64,000 bases of DNA from NCBI GenBank assembly GCA_964415965.1, contig CAYQCK010000003.1:67426-131425 (forward strand), given 5' to 3'. Made by a program: the position numbers and the translations under genes. The notes beneath the pieces were generated by a model. The model worked only from the letters and a program-made list of their open reading frames with translations, was not told where the DNA came from and ran no database searches. Positions 21,927 to 31,491 of this stretch are shown here, piece by piece. Each line of letters opens with the position of its first letter. Positions within the stretch are counted from its first letter, which is position 1. Origin of the DNA: an uncultured Gammaproteobacteria bacterium. Its GTDB lineage: Bacteria > Patescibacteriota > Patescibacteriia > 2-12-FULL-60-25.

Positions 21927-22008
21927 AAACAAAAGGCAAAAATACTATTTTTATACCGCTCAACCCAGCACCGGCCCGAGCCCGCCAAAACAAGCGTCCG
22001 GCAGAGGC

Positions 22009-22037
22009 TTGACAAATCCGGTATTTTCTGTTAGATT
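22009..22037 (+). promoter_or_regulatory. Consensus sigma70 promoter (TTGACA-N17-TAGATT)
   Basis: ggcTTGACAaatccggtattttctgtTAGATTagc. About 320 nt upstream of the 22358 ORF. Confidence 0.55.
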
Positions 22038-22357
22038 AGCCCATTGCTTAGACAATCCAGAGTGTGTCCCAAGGGAATGGAGGCTTCTTTGCCGCCTGCG
22101 GCTCCGGATCAATCTGGACCCGCGCCAGCGGCCATCTCTCTCTTCCGTTCGCGCCAGGCCATGTGCCGAACCGCGAACGAACCAATCTTGGGCTCGCGCC
22201 AAGCTTTTGCAGACGCGCGAGCCGCCTCCAGCCCCTTGGGCCAGACCGGGCTCTCATGCCCGGTGGGCGTCGGGCTTCAAATGGGCCAATTTTTATGCGG
22301 TCCGCACCCAGCCTGACGCCGCCGGACAAGAGAGCCTCAACCCAGGAGCACCTTAGA

Positions 22358-22636
22358 ATGAGGAAGGGCATCGTCCTGCTGACGGCCTGCATGTTGGAGA
22401 TCGCGTGGATTGCGCTGTGGCTTTACGCCCTGAACGGATTCCGCCGCGATGCGGTCATCTTCTTCGAAATCCTGATCGTCGGCCTCTTCGTCATGGGATA
22501 CATCCCCTGGCGGGCCGCGCAGCTCTCGGACAAGCCGAGCGTCTACGGACGCCTCGCTTCCCGCATCGAGGAATGGCAAAAACTCCAGGCAGTGATGCGC
22601 GACGAAGAACAGCAACGCCGCCGCCACGGCATCTGA
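22358..22636 (+). CDS. Small two-TM membrane protein
   Basis: MRKGIVLLTACMLEIAWIALWLYALNGF...ILIVGLFVMGYIPW. The track ORF 22064..22636 has an implausible N-extension. Confidence 0.45.
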   Translation: MRKGIVLLTACMLEIAWIALWLYALNGFRRDAVIFFEILIVGLFVMGYIPWRAAQLSDKPSVYGRLASRIEEWQKLQAVMRDEEQQRRRHGI

Positions 22637-23032
22637 TTCCCATCCTCGACTCCGGCCAGCTCGGTTCCGACCGACTGGCCTTCCGCACCAGTTCCCGTGC
22701 CTGAGACGCACTGGACCTGATGCGGGCATGGATATCCGCCGCAAGTCGCCGGTGACAGCCTTCGCCGTCGGCTTGGGGCGGACCTCGCGGTCCGTCGCCG
22801 ACGCACTTCAAAAGACGTTCCTGAACCATCCCGTCCGACGGGACTAAAGCCTTGGCTGAACCAGGGCCCGGACAGGCAACACTTATTTCAACCAGCGTCA
22901 GCCTCCCCAAACAGCCAAGCCGCAACTTCACAACCGAACAACTCTCCGCATCTCGGGCCATCAGACAGCCCGCCAAGATCGGAGCTAACAGGCGGGAAAC
23001 CGCCTTAGGAACAGTTTCCAAGGAGGAAAAGC

Positions 23033-24313
23033 ATGCACCAGAACCTGATCGACAGTCTCGCCGTACGGATGAACGTGGAAGCGCACGGCCAGATCGAGTC
23101 CTACTCCACCCCGTTCAACAACATCGTCGTGACCGGACCGGACGGCGAAGACACGCACTACATGCCGCCCGCGAATCTCCGGCTGATGATGTTCAACATC
23201 CCGGCCGTGAACCGCGACGGCGAACCCGTGATCATGAGCAAGGACGAGATCGTCCTCTGCCGCCTCGGGCTCCCCCGCGAAATCCTGAGCAAGTCCCGCC
23301 GGGCGTCCATGGATCCGAAGCTGCGTCGGGACCTCGAATTCTACGAGAGCCTCGACGTCCTGGAGTACCAGGCCCGGATCGAGATCGCCTACGGCAAGTG
23401 CGACATGGTCGCGCCGCAGGAGGCCCTCGAACGCCACGAGCTCAGCTACTTGGGACCGGACCTGGAGAAGATGGTGCTCGACGGCGTCATGGACACCATG
23501 TTCGTCGACGACCGCAACTACCACGGCGGCGGCGGACGCTCCGGCCGGCCCCAGAAGACGAGCATCGACCTGTACTGGCTGCGGCGCATCATCCGCAAGC
23601 AGAAGCCGGGCGACAAGCTCACCTTCGGGCGGTACTTCGTGAAGCTCACCGGCGATATCCGTCAGACCATCGCCGGCGACTCGCGGTTCATCACCCACGT
23701 CATCTTCGGCCGGCTGCCAGACAAGAACGCGCGGGTCCGGCCGCTCGACCGCATCTCCGGTCGTCTCGGCCAGGACGGTCGCGGCTTCATCGCCGTGCTG
23801 CAGATGCAGGACATCCGGCACGGCATCGAGACGTACACGAGCCAGATCGTCCCGGAGCCAGAAGGTCGAGGCACGATGCACGAAATCTGGCTCATCGACC
23901 ACCCGACACCGATCTGCATGGACGATCCGGGCCTGGACAAGTTCTTGGCCCATTTCGCGCCCCAGCAGACCGTCCCGGAGCCGGAAGTCCTCGCGGAGGA
24001 AGCCGGAGGCGAAGCCGAGGCCGAACAGGCCGAAGCCGAGCCCCAGGCGGAAGCCGAGACCGAACCCCCCGTTCCCGAGGCGACGACGTCCGAATCCGAA
24101 GGAGCGGCAACCTCGACCGAGGAGCCGCAGCCTGATCCGGAATCCGGAGCGACGGAACCCGCGGAGGAAGCCGAGGCCGAACAGGCCGAAGCCGAGCCCC
24201 AGGCGGAACCCGTGTCCGCCCCGGAAACGGTCCAGGAAGCTCCTGTTGCTGCCGCTTCCCAGACGGCCGACGAGGACCTGCCTCCGGAAGTCCGCGAACT
24301 CCTCTCCAACTGA
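23033..24313 (+). CDS. Hypothetical protein with a C-terminal acidic tandem repeat (AEEAEAEQAEAEPQAE x2)
   Basis: Perfect RBS (AAGGAGGAAAAGC ATG). 426 aa. The DNA-level direct repeat is at ~24010-24060 and 24168-24215. No known domain. Confidence 0.7.
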   Translation: MHQNLIDSLAVRMNVEAHGQIESYSTPFNNIVVTGPDGEDTHYMPPANLRLMMFNIPAVNRDGEPVIMSKDEIVLCRLGLPREILSKSRRASMDPKLRRDLEFYESLDVLEYQARIEIAYGKCDMVAPQEALERHELSYLGPDLEKMVLDGVMDTMFVDDRNYHGGGGRSGRPQKTSIDLYWLRRIIRKQKPGDKLTFGRYFVKLTGDIRQTIAGDSRFITHVIFGRLPDKNARVRPLDRISGRLGQDGRGFIAVLQMQDIRHGIETYTSQIVPEPEGRGTMHEIWLIDHPTPICMDDPGLDKFLAHFAPQQTVPEPEVLAEEAGGEAEAEQAEAEPQAEAETEPPVPEATTSESEGAATSTEEPQPDPESGATEPAEEAEAEQAEAEPQAEPVSAPETVQEAPVAAASQTADEDLPPEVRELLSN

Positions 24314-24325
24314 CCCCGCCTGCAC

Positions 24326-24352
24326 CCGCGAAGCCGATCTTCGGCTTCGCGG
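24326..24352 (+). terminator. 12-bp perfect hairpin (CCGCGAAGCCGA/TCGGCTTCGCGG) after the 23033 gene
   Basis: Read from the sequence. No U-tract follows. Confidence 0.4.
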
Positions 24353-24508
24353 ATTCCCTCGATGACTGCATCCTTGCCAAAACCGGCGAATAGGGCTATG
24401 GAGTTATTGAGGGAATCTTATTTCGGGAGTCTCCGCCCCCTGCGCCGCGACGGCCTTGCGCCGCTGTGCAGGGGGCGGAAACGCCTTTGACAAGCAAGGG
24501 GATGCATC

Positions 24509-25105
24509 ATGCGTAACGGGGCTGCCAAAAACGGCAAGTTCGGCAATGGGATCAAGCGTCTCAAGAACCGGGGCGAGGCGGTCATCGATGCCTCCGACCG
24601 GTTCCGGGCCAGGCGCGCCGAAGCGGACAGCGAACGCGCTGCCGCCGTCCTGCTCCCGGCTTGGATCCCCATCCAAGCCGGCAACCGGGACGCGGCGCGA
24701 CCCCAGGCGTCAGTCGGACCGGGCCGGGACCCGGGACCCGCGGCAAATAACGTGCAGGCGCTGCGGCCGCGCGTCGAAGTCGACCCGAAGCAGGTCTTCA
24801 TCCTAGCTAAGGACGAAGAAGTGCTCGACGAAATCGGCGTCCGTTGCGTACCGTTCACGGTATTGCCGGCGCCCCTCGACCCCGCAGACGACCTGCCCTA
24901 CCTGACGCCCTACCTCCTTCGAGGCTGGGATTGCGTCTTGTTCCAAGATCCTGACGACCCCGACTTGCCCCGCGCCCTGCAGAGGCATGAAGACCCTTAT
25001 CGGACATTCGATGCGGCCCTCGAAGGCCTGCCGGCGGAAGAACGGGCCAAGTACCGGCGAGGTGATTACAAGCTGTACCACTTCGTCCCCGACCCGCTTG
25101 GCTGA
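24509..25105 (+). CDS. Hypothetical protein
   Basis: 198 aa, AAGGGGA upstream. The upstream region carries an 11-bp inverted repeat (CCGCCCCCTGC...GCAGGGGGCGG, ~24433-24478) and a TTGACA hexamer at ~24486. Confidence 0.5.
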   Translation: MRNGAAKNGKFGNGIKRLKNRGEAVIDASDRFRARRAEADSERAAAVLLPAWIPIQAGNRDAARPQASVGPGRDPGPAANNVQALRPRVEVDPKQVFILAKDEEVLDEIGVRCVPFTVLPAPLDPADDLPYLTPYLLRGWDCVLFQDPDDPDLPRALQRHEDPYRTFDAALEGLPAEERAKYRRGDYKLYHFVPDPLG

Positions 25106-25212
25106 CCCGCCCTTTGACCGCTTTCCCGACTGGTTCCCCCTAAACCGGTCGGGCATTCTCTTCGAGAGCTCCGGACACGGAGCCGCGAAGCCGAATGGAG
25201 CAGTCTTGAGCC

Positions 25213-25241
25213 TTGACAGTCCGGCCCCCGGAACCTACGCT
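25213..25241 (+). promoter_or_regulatory. sigma70-like promoter (TTGACA-N17-TACGCT)
   Basis: gccTTGACAgtccggcccccggaaccTACGCTgg. Confidence 0.4.
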
Positions 25242-25247
25242 GGATAA

Positions 25248-25426
25248 ATTCCCGGCACGGGAACTGCGAAGCGTTGCACGTGTCCGATGGTCGCCGCTGT
25301 GGCTCCCTTGTGCAAACGAGGGAATCTCTCTCCTCCCACGGCTACCGCTATCACTTATACGTGGCAGCGCTTTGCAGCTCCGGTGCCGGAAATTGAAAAA
25401 TGCCCCAAGGGGGCTGTTTTTATTTT
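25248..25426 (+). ncRNA. Candidate ~180-nt sRNA between convergent genes
   Basis: Bounded by the 25213 promoter and a strong bidirectional terminator (GCCCC-aag-GGGGC + TGTTTTTATTTT at 25402-25426). No convincing ORF. Confidence 0.3.
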
Positions 25427-25445
25427 CGGCGGATGCCTTTCGGCC

Positions 25446-26213
25446 TTACTCCGCCGTACCGGTCGCGGTCGATGTCGCGGGCAGCGCGACTCCGGTGGTC
25501 GTCGCCGTGCCGGTCGACGATCTCGAAAAATCCAAGCCGTCGGAGCGTTCGAACAGCACGTGCCGCTCGATGGTCGTCGGCGCGCTGTAGCGGCGTCGGG
25601 CCTGCACCAGGATGGTCGACAGCCCGGGCGGCGCATCCACGGACGCGCTGAACGAACCGTCGCGCCCGACAATCACGGACTCGCCGTTCACGGTCAGTTT
25701 GGCCGCTGCGTCCGTCGAACCCCTGACTTGGATCCGTGACCGGTCCAGACGCTGGCCCTCGGTCGGTGAAATGACTTCGAGCTGGGGTAGTTTCGACATC
25801 TGCATCGCCTGGAAAACCAGGTATCCGCCGATAGCCGTGACCAGGACGCAGGACGCCAACAGCACCGTCAATTTGGAGCTGACGAGCAGGTCGCGTTTGT
25901 TGATGCGCGGACGCAGCATCTCGTGGGGCTCGACGCTTAAGCCCTGCCGCAACAGCAGTTCCTGGTACTTGTCCACGAAGAAATCCACACTTCCCTCAAG
26001 TTGGGCGGCCAACACCCGCACATGCCTTTCGGCATACAGCGGATCGGTCAGGTCGATAAGCCGCTCCTCCTCTAGGGCGGCTATGACCAAAGAGTGGATG
26101 CCCGTCAGCCGCGCCAAAGACTCCCGCGTATAGCCCCGCAGCTCTCTGAGTTCGAGGAGATCGTTGCCGAAACCCGTCTCGCCTCGATAGATTTTTTTTC
26201 GGATGAAAGGCAT
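25446..26213 (-). CDS. RodZ-like helix-turn-helix membrane protein
   Basis: N-terminal XRE-type HTH (LRELRGYTRESLARLTGI), one TM, and a periplasmic C-terminal domain with an S/T/A-rich tail. Immediately downstream of ftsK. Confidence 0.6.
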   Translation of the reverse strand: MPFIRKKIYRGETGFGNDLLELRELRGYTRESLARLTGIHSLVIAALEEERLIDLTDPLYAERHVRVLAAQLEGSVDFFVDKYQELLLRQGLSVEPHEMLRPRINKRDLLVSSKLTVLLASCVLVTAIGGYLVFQAMQMSKLPQLEVISPTEGQRLDRSRIQVRGSTDAAAKLTVNGESVIVGRDGSFSASVDAPPGLSTILVQARRRYSAPTTIERHVLFERSDGLDFSRSSTGTATTTGVALPATSTATGTAE

Positions 26214-26253
26214 GTCCGGGATTTGGCGTCGGGCGGTCTGGGGTTTTGGCCGC

Positions 26254-28491
26254 TCACTCTTCCTCGATATCCGGTATCTCGCGGTTCACTTGCTGCAACG
26301 CCGGATGCTGTTCGGCTGCGGGCTGGGACGGGATCTGGTCCATGCCCTTGGTGAATTCGACCTTGAGGATCTCACGCGGTTTGGCGCCGTCGCCCGGCCC
26401 GATGAAACCTTCCTGTTCGAGCAGGTCCAGGATGCGGGCCGCACGGGCGTAGCCGACCTTGAGGCGACGCTGGAGCAACGAAGCCGAGGCTTTGCCGGCG
26501 CGGATTATCTCTTCTTTAGCCTCCGGCAGGAGCGGGTCGCCGTCGCCTTCGTCGATGCCGTTGCGGAACGATGTCTCCCCGCCCTGGCCGCGCGCCTCGA
26601 CGACGCTCGGGTCGTATTCGGCCGGCTCGTACTTTCCCTTGAGGAATTCGACCACCCGGCCGATCTCGTCGTCGGCCACGAACGAACCCTGGATGCGGCG
26701 CGGGCTGGCCATGTCCGAGGTCTGGAACAGCATGTCGCCGCGGCCGATGAGCTTTTCGGCGCCCATCGAATCCAGGATGGTGCGTGAATCAGTCGACGAT
26801 GCTACCGCGAAGGCGATGCGCGCCGGGATATTCGCCTTGATGAGGCCCGTCAGGACGTCGACCGACGGCCGCTGGGTGGCCAGGACCAGATGGATGCCGA
26901 CGGCACGAGACATCTGGGCCAAACGCACGATCGGCCCTTCGACTTCGGCCATGGCCGTGACCATCAGGTCGGCCAACTCGTCGACCACGACCACGATGTA
27001 CGGCAGCTTGTCCTGGGTCCGGGCGTTGTACGATTCGATGTCGCGGGCGCCGAACTTGGACAGCACGTCGAACCGCCGATCCATCTCACGTAACGCCCAT
27101 TTCAATGAATTGACCGTCTTGTCCACGTCCGTGATGACCGGCGTCACGAGATGCGGGATACCGTTATACACCTGGAGCTCGACGCGTTTCGGGTCGACCA
27201 TGATGAGCTTCAGGTCGTCAGGCCCGTTGGCGTAGAGCAGCGATACGATGAGGGTGTTGAGGCAAACCGACTTGCCCGAACCGGTGGCGCCGGCGACCAG
27301 TAGGTGGGGCATGCGGCCGACGTCGGCCATCCAGGCCTTGCCCGAGACATCGCGGCCCAAGGCGAAGCACAGGTTGCTCCGGCGGTCGCGCCATTCTTTC
27401 GATTCCAACAGCTCGCGCATGCCGACCGTGGCCACGCTCTGGTTCGGCACTTCCAGGCCGACCAAGGATTTTCCGGGGATGGGCGCTTCGATGCGGATGG
27501 GGTGCGCCGCCAAAGCCAAAGCCAAATCGTTATGCAACGCCGTGATGCGCGACAGTTTGACGCCCTCGGCCGGTTTCAGCGTGAACTGCGTGACCGTGGG
27601 GCCGACCGCCACGTCGCCCATCTCGACCGGGATGCCGAATGTCTCGAGCGTGCGCTGGATGACGTATTGGTTGCGCTGGATGTCGCCCGATGTCGGCTTC
27701 TGGTCGCGCTTGGTCAGGAGCTCATACGGCACCTCGATCTTCGGCTGGCGACGCTTGGGCTTCGGCGGAGGCTCATGCCCGGTTTCCTCGTCGCCCTCCT
27801 CTTCGCCGGACGGCTCGGCCTGTTTCGGCCTGACCGGCGGCGGCAGGGGCTTCTCGACGATCTCCGGCTGTTTGGTGACCTGGGCCCGGATCTTCTCTTC
27901 CTTCAGGCTGGCTTGCTTGGCGAAAATCCATTTGAAAGGCGCCAGCAAAGCCGACAGGAACTTCCTGAGGTAGCCGAAAATCACGTTCAAAATCTGGACC
28001 ACGCGCTTGAGCGAAGTGTTGAAGATGAGCAGGAGGGACACGACGAACAGGGCCATGAACAGGGTCCCGGCCCCGAACCTGCCCAGGAGCGAAATCATGG
28101 GCTCGGCCAAGAGCGAACCGAGTTTGCCGCCCAAGGTCGCGAGCTTTTCCGGCAACTCGGCCGCATCCGCATTCGCCACGTGGATGAACGGATTAAGCGA
28201 AGCGAAGAACAGCAGGAACCCGACGTAGTTGGTCGTCTTGAGCGGGAATTTCTGCGGGGTCAGCTCATGGATGCCGATGGCGAACAGGATGAATGGCAAG
28301 GCTATCCGGTCCCAACCCAGCACGTGGGATAAGGCTTGGTCGACCGATATCCCGACCTTGCCGGCCAGATCGAACGTGGCCAACAGGCTGAAAGTCGCGA
28401 CCGCGAAAATCGCGACCGTGAGTATCCCGTGGGCGGTCTCGGGGTCGAGCGACAAGTCTGGGAATTTGAATCCTCGGCGTCTGCGTGGCAT
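26254..28491 (-). CDS. ftsK: DNA translocase FtsK
   Basis: 745 aa. N-terminal TM segments, Walker A (GATGSGKS), and a C-terminal winged-helix gamma domain. Confidence 0.95.
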   Translation of the reverse strand: MPRRRRGFKFPDLSLDPETAHGILTVAIFAVATFSLLATFDLAGKVGISVDQALSHVLGWDRIALPFILFAIGIHELTPQKFPLKTTNYVGFLLFFASLNPFIHVANADAAELPEKLATLGGKLGSLLAEPMISLLGRFGAGTLFMALFVVSLLLIFNTSLKRVVQILNVIFGYLRKFLSALLAPFKWIFAKQASLKEEKIRAQVTKQPEIVEKPLPPPVRPKQAEPSGEEEGDEETGHEPPPKPKRRQPKIEVPYELLTKRDQKPTSGDIQRNQYVIQRTLETFGIPVEMGDVAVGPTVTQFTLKPAEGVKLSRITALHNDLALALAAHPIRIEAPIPGKSLVGLEVPNQSVATVGMRELLESKEWRDRRSNLCFALGRDVSGKAWMADVGRMPHLLVAGATGSGKSVCLNTLIVSLLYANGPDDLKLIMVDPKRVELQVYNGIPHLVTPVITDVDKTVNSLKWALREMDRRFDVLSKFGARDIESYNARTQDKLPYIVVVVDELADLMVTAMAEVEGPIVRLAQMSRAVGIHLVLATQRPSVDVLTGLIKANIPARIAFAVASSTDSRTILDSMGAEKLIGRGDMLFQTSDMASPRRIQGSFVADDEIGRVVEFLKGKYEPAEYDPSVVEARGQGGETSFRNGIDEGDGDPLLPEAKEEIIRAGKASASLLQRRLKVGYARAARILDLLEQEGFIGPGDGAKPREILKVEFTKGMDQIPSQPAAEQHPALQQVNREIPDIEEE

Positions 28492-28509
28492 GTGTTTTTC
28501 CCTCTTATC

Positions 28510-29328
28510 CTAGCGGACAATCGTCGCCCTGTCACGCCTCACGCTTCTGGCGATGAAGACCGCGCACGCGGCGATTACGGCCAGATACAACGCCGGATAG
28601 GCGAACTCGACCGCGAACCGCGGGTACGGCAGGACACGCAGGGAGTGGTTAGCCAGACGGAAAACCGTCAGCCCAAGCAGGAATCCGGCCGCCGGCACGC
28701 CGCGTGGCGCCTGGCGTTTTCGCAGCCACACGGCCAAACCGGAGCCGGCCAAGGCTGCAGCGCCCTCGTACAGCTGCGTCGGATGGACCGGCAAGACAGC
28801 GAACGGCCCGGTCAGCCCCTGGGACATCTGCGCCAGATGGGCCTGGCTGAACAACGGATATTCCACGGCCCAAGGCAAGCCCGTCGGCCGACCGAAACAG
28901 CAACCATTCAGGAAACAGCCGAGGCGCATCACGACCAAACCAACGCCGAACGCCGGCGCCGCGGCGTCGGCGAAACGCAAACCGTCGAGCTTCAGCCGGC
29001 GGGCTACGACCCAAGCTGCGGCCGCGGCGGCGGCCAATCCGCCATAAAGCGAAAAACCTTCGGCCTCCAAAGCCACGGCCCGCCAGGGCTGGCTAAGGTA
29101 AAAATCCGGACGGAGCAGGATATTCGCCAGTCTGGCTCCGACCAGGAACGCCAGGACGGCCGCGCCGAGGACAAAGGCCGCCTGCCGGCCGCGGACGCCG
29201 TCTTGCCGCCATGACCAGACCGCGAGTCCGCCGGCCACGACCAAAGCCGCCGCCAGGCACGACCGGTAATATCCGACCTCCCCTGCCCCGAACGGCAGGT
29301 CGAGGTAGCGCGGTCCGGCTTGGATCAT
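28510..29328 (-). CDS. lgt: Prolipoprotein diacylglyceryl transferase
   Basis: Lgt signature HPTQLYE and a polytopic membrane profile. Confidence 0.88.
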   Translation of the reverse strand: MIQAGPRYLDLPFGAGEVGYYRSCLAAALVVAGGLAVWSWRQDGVRGRQAAFVLGAAVLAFLVGARLANILLRPDFYLSQPWRAVALEAEGFSLYGGLAAAAAAAWVVARRLKLDGLRFADAAAPAFGVGLVVMRLGCFLNGCCFGRPTGLPWAVEYPLFSQAHLAQMSQGLTGPFAVLPVHPTQLYEGAAALAGSGLAVWLRKRQAPRGVPAAGFLLGLTVFRLANHSLRVLPYPRFAVEFAYPALYLAVIAACAVFIARSVRRDRATIVR

Positions 29329-31406
29329 TTTTTGCTGGCCGCGACGCTCGCTTTGATCTTCAGCATGCCTTTGTAGTCGATGCTCAAACCGCCGCCGATC
29401 TTGGGCTTGTCATCATCATCCTTGCTGGCATCGAAGGCGATGGTGGCCACGGCTTTGTCCTGGGTGAACGAACCGCTCAAGACGCCCTGGTCGTAGGTGA
29501 TGGGCACCTCGCTCGTCTTGTCGCCGTTCTTTATGGTCAGGGTGCCGCCCGTCTCGCCGCTCGCCTTGAGGTTGAACTCCATGGGCGATTGTTTGCCCTT
29601 AAGCTTCTCGAAATCGATGTCCAGGTCGCAGCCTTCATCCTCTTTCTTGCCGCTCGCCTTCTGTTCCTCCTGGGCTTTCTTGAGCTCGTCCGAGACGATG
29701 ACGTCGGTGATGGTCATCTGCCCGGACCAGGCGCCTTCCAGCTCCTTGAGCGTCGGGTAGAGCGAGACATTGAACCGGTCCTTGAGGAACTTGGCGTAAT
29801 CCTTCTTGCCGTTCGGACCCGAGAAGTAGATGCGCACGCCCTGCACCAGGTCGTCGACCGACACGGCCTTCTCGGCGACGAGGCCGGCCTTGTCCGTCAG
29901 GTCGAACCGGTTGATGTCCTTCATCATCTTGTCGATGAAATGCCCGACGACATCGAGCTTGGTCTCGTGGTCGAAACCCTTATCCAAACCGATCGGGCCG
30001 GTCGCGGAATCGAAGATGCCGCCGGCTTTGAGTCCGTCCATTATCCGGATAAGCTTCTTTTCCTGCTCGGCCAATTCGTTCTCGCGCTCGAGCCGCGTCG
30101 CGAACTGTTTACGGTACTGCTCCTTGAGCTGGTTGCGCAGGGCGTCGGCCTGCGCCTCGCTCAGCGGCTCCATCCCGGAATCCCGGCGCACCGCGTTGGC
30201 CTGCCGGATAGCCTCGAGCTCGATCTGGCGGCGGATGCCGCGCATCTGGTCCCAGACCGCGTCGAAGTCCTTGGCGTCGTTGTTGTAGCCGTAGAAATAT
30301 CCGCTCGAACCGTCGCGGTAGGCCTTGAACGCCGCCTCGACCTCTGAGTTCTTCCAGGTCCTGATCTCGTAGTTCGTGATGGCGACCGCCGCCTTGCCGG
30401 CCACGCCCAGGATGAACTGGTTCGTGATGAAGTCGCCGATCTCCTTGGCCGCATCCTTATACTCGCCCTCGACCGCGTTGCCCGCCGCCTTGCTGATGGC
30501 CGCGGTCGCGCCCGTGACCTTGAGCGCCTTGAGCGCGTTCTTGATGAGGGGCGCCGGCACCTGCCCGACGATCTTCTTGCCGATGAGCGTCTTGAGCTTA
30601 TCGTCGAAGACCTGGTTGTTCGTCTTGTAGTAGCCCTCCATCGCCTTGTATTCCGGATCGTCCAGCATCGACCTTAGCACCTGGTTCTTGGTTTCCGTGT
30701 CGTTGATGCCGAGCTTTTCCATGCTCAGGTCCAAGGCCTGGGCGCTGTAGGCGTCGTGCGGCTTGGCGATATCCTTATTGAGGCCGTCCTGCAGGGCCTT
30801 GGCCTTGATCCAATCATTCGTGATCTTGTCGTCGCCTTTGAGCTTGGTCGGGGCCAGAAGGCTGAAATGGTACAACCCCAAGGTCATGACCCCGGACGTC
30901 ACGTCCACGTTGTCCGGTTTGAGGTAATCCCACTCCTGGCCGTTGTAGTAGGCCACACGGAGTCGGGCGATGTCATCGGCCGAAGTCGTGCCGGCCGGAA
31001 TCTTGAACGCGACCGTCGCCTTATCCTCGAGCCGCACCGGCTTTCCGGTGGCCGCGATCTCGATGGGCGCTCCCACCATCTCGGCCGTATCCTTGTCGTA
31101 GGCCGGGATTTTCTCCGGCGTCACCAGTTCGACCTTGGTCGACGTGCTAAAGCTGCCTTTGGCCACGGTGACCGAAGCGCCGTCCTTTTCGGTCCGGCCG
31201 AGCAGGACGTCAGCCTGGCCGGTTTCGCCTTCCAAAGGTTGGGCGATGGGGCGCTCATCGATCGCGAGCAGATCGCTCTCAAGATTCGGCTTGGCCGCCG
31301 GACTCGGGACCGGTTTTTGGCCGCCACGCGGCATTAAAAAATAAACCGCCCCGGCTATCAGGCACAGCCCGACGGCCCCGGCGACGGCGATAAGGGGTTT
31401 CTTCAT
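29325..31406 (-). CDS. Large secreted/membrane-anchored hypothetical protein (693 aa)
   Basis: N-terminal signal anchor (MKKPLIAVAGAVGLCLIAGAVYFL). K/D-rich, no recognisable domain. Overlaps the lgt start by 4 nt. Confidence 0.55.
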   Translation of the reverse strand: MKKPLIAVAGAVGLCLIAGAVYFLMPRGGQKPVPSPAAKPNLESDLLAIDERPIAQPLEGETGQADVLLGRTEKDGASVTVAKGSFSTSTKVELVTPEKIPAYDKDTAEMVGAPIEIAATGKPVRLEDKATVAFKIPAGTTSADDIARLRVAYYNGQEWDYLKPDNVDVTSGVMTLGLYHFSLLAPTKLKGDDKITNDWIKAKALQDGLNKDIAKPHDAYSAQALDLSMEKLGINDTETKNQVLRSMLDDPEYKAMEGYYKTNNQVFDDKLKTLIGKKIVGQVPAPLIKNALKALKVTGATAAISKAAGNAVEGEYKDAAKEIGDFITNQFILGVAGKAAVAITNYEIRTWKNSEVEAAFKAYRDGSSGYFYGYNNDAKDFDAVWDQMRGIRRQIELEAIRQANAVRRDSGMEPLSEAQADALRNQLKEQYRKQFATRLERENELAEQEKKLIRIMDGLKAGGIFDSATGPIGLDKGFDHETKLDVVGHFIDKMMKDINRFDLTDKAGLVAEKAVSVDDLVQGVRIYFSGPNGKKDYAKFLKDRFNVSLYPTLKELEGAWSGQMTITDVIVSDELKKAQEEQKASGKKEDEGCDLDIDFEKLKGKQSPMEFNLKASGETGGTLTIKNGDKTSEVPITYDQGVLSGSFTQDKAVATIAFDASKDDDDKPKIGGGLSIDYKGMLKIKASVAASKK

Positions 31407-31491
31407 AGTTTTCGGCGGGATTTTAGCATGTCGGTTTCAGGCACGGAAAGACGGGCCGCGGCCCGTCTCGGGAACATGTCTTGATCGGCGG

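Noticed and set aside
22852-24325. Alternative-frame ORFs overlapping the 23033..24313 gene (22852..24135 plus strand; 22985..24325, 23662..24309 and 23892..24380 minus strand)
   Set aside because: These are R/G/P-rich or S/A-rich shadow frames. The 23033 frame has a perfect RBS and balanced composition.
24486-24514. TTGACA hexamer as the promoter for the 24509 gene
   Set aside because: A spacing of 17 nt puts the -10 position on the start codon itself (ATGCGT). This is only plausible as a leaderless mRNA. Evidence is insufficient.
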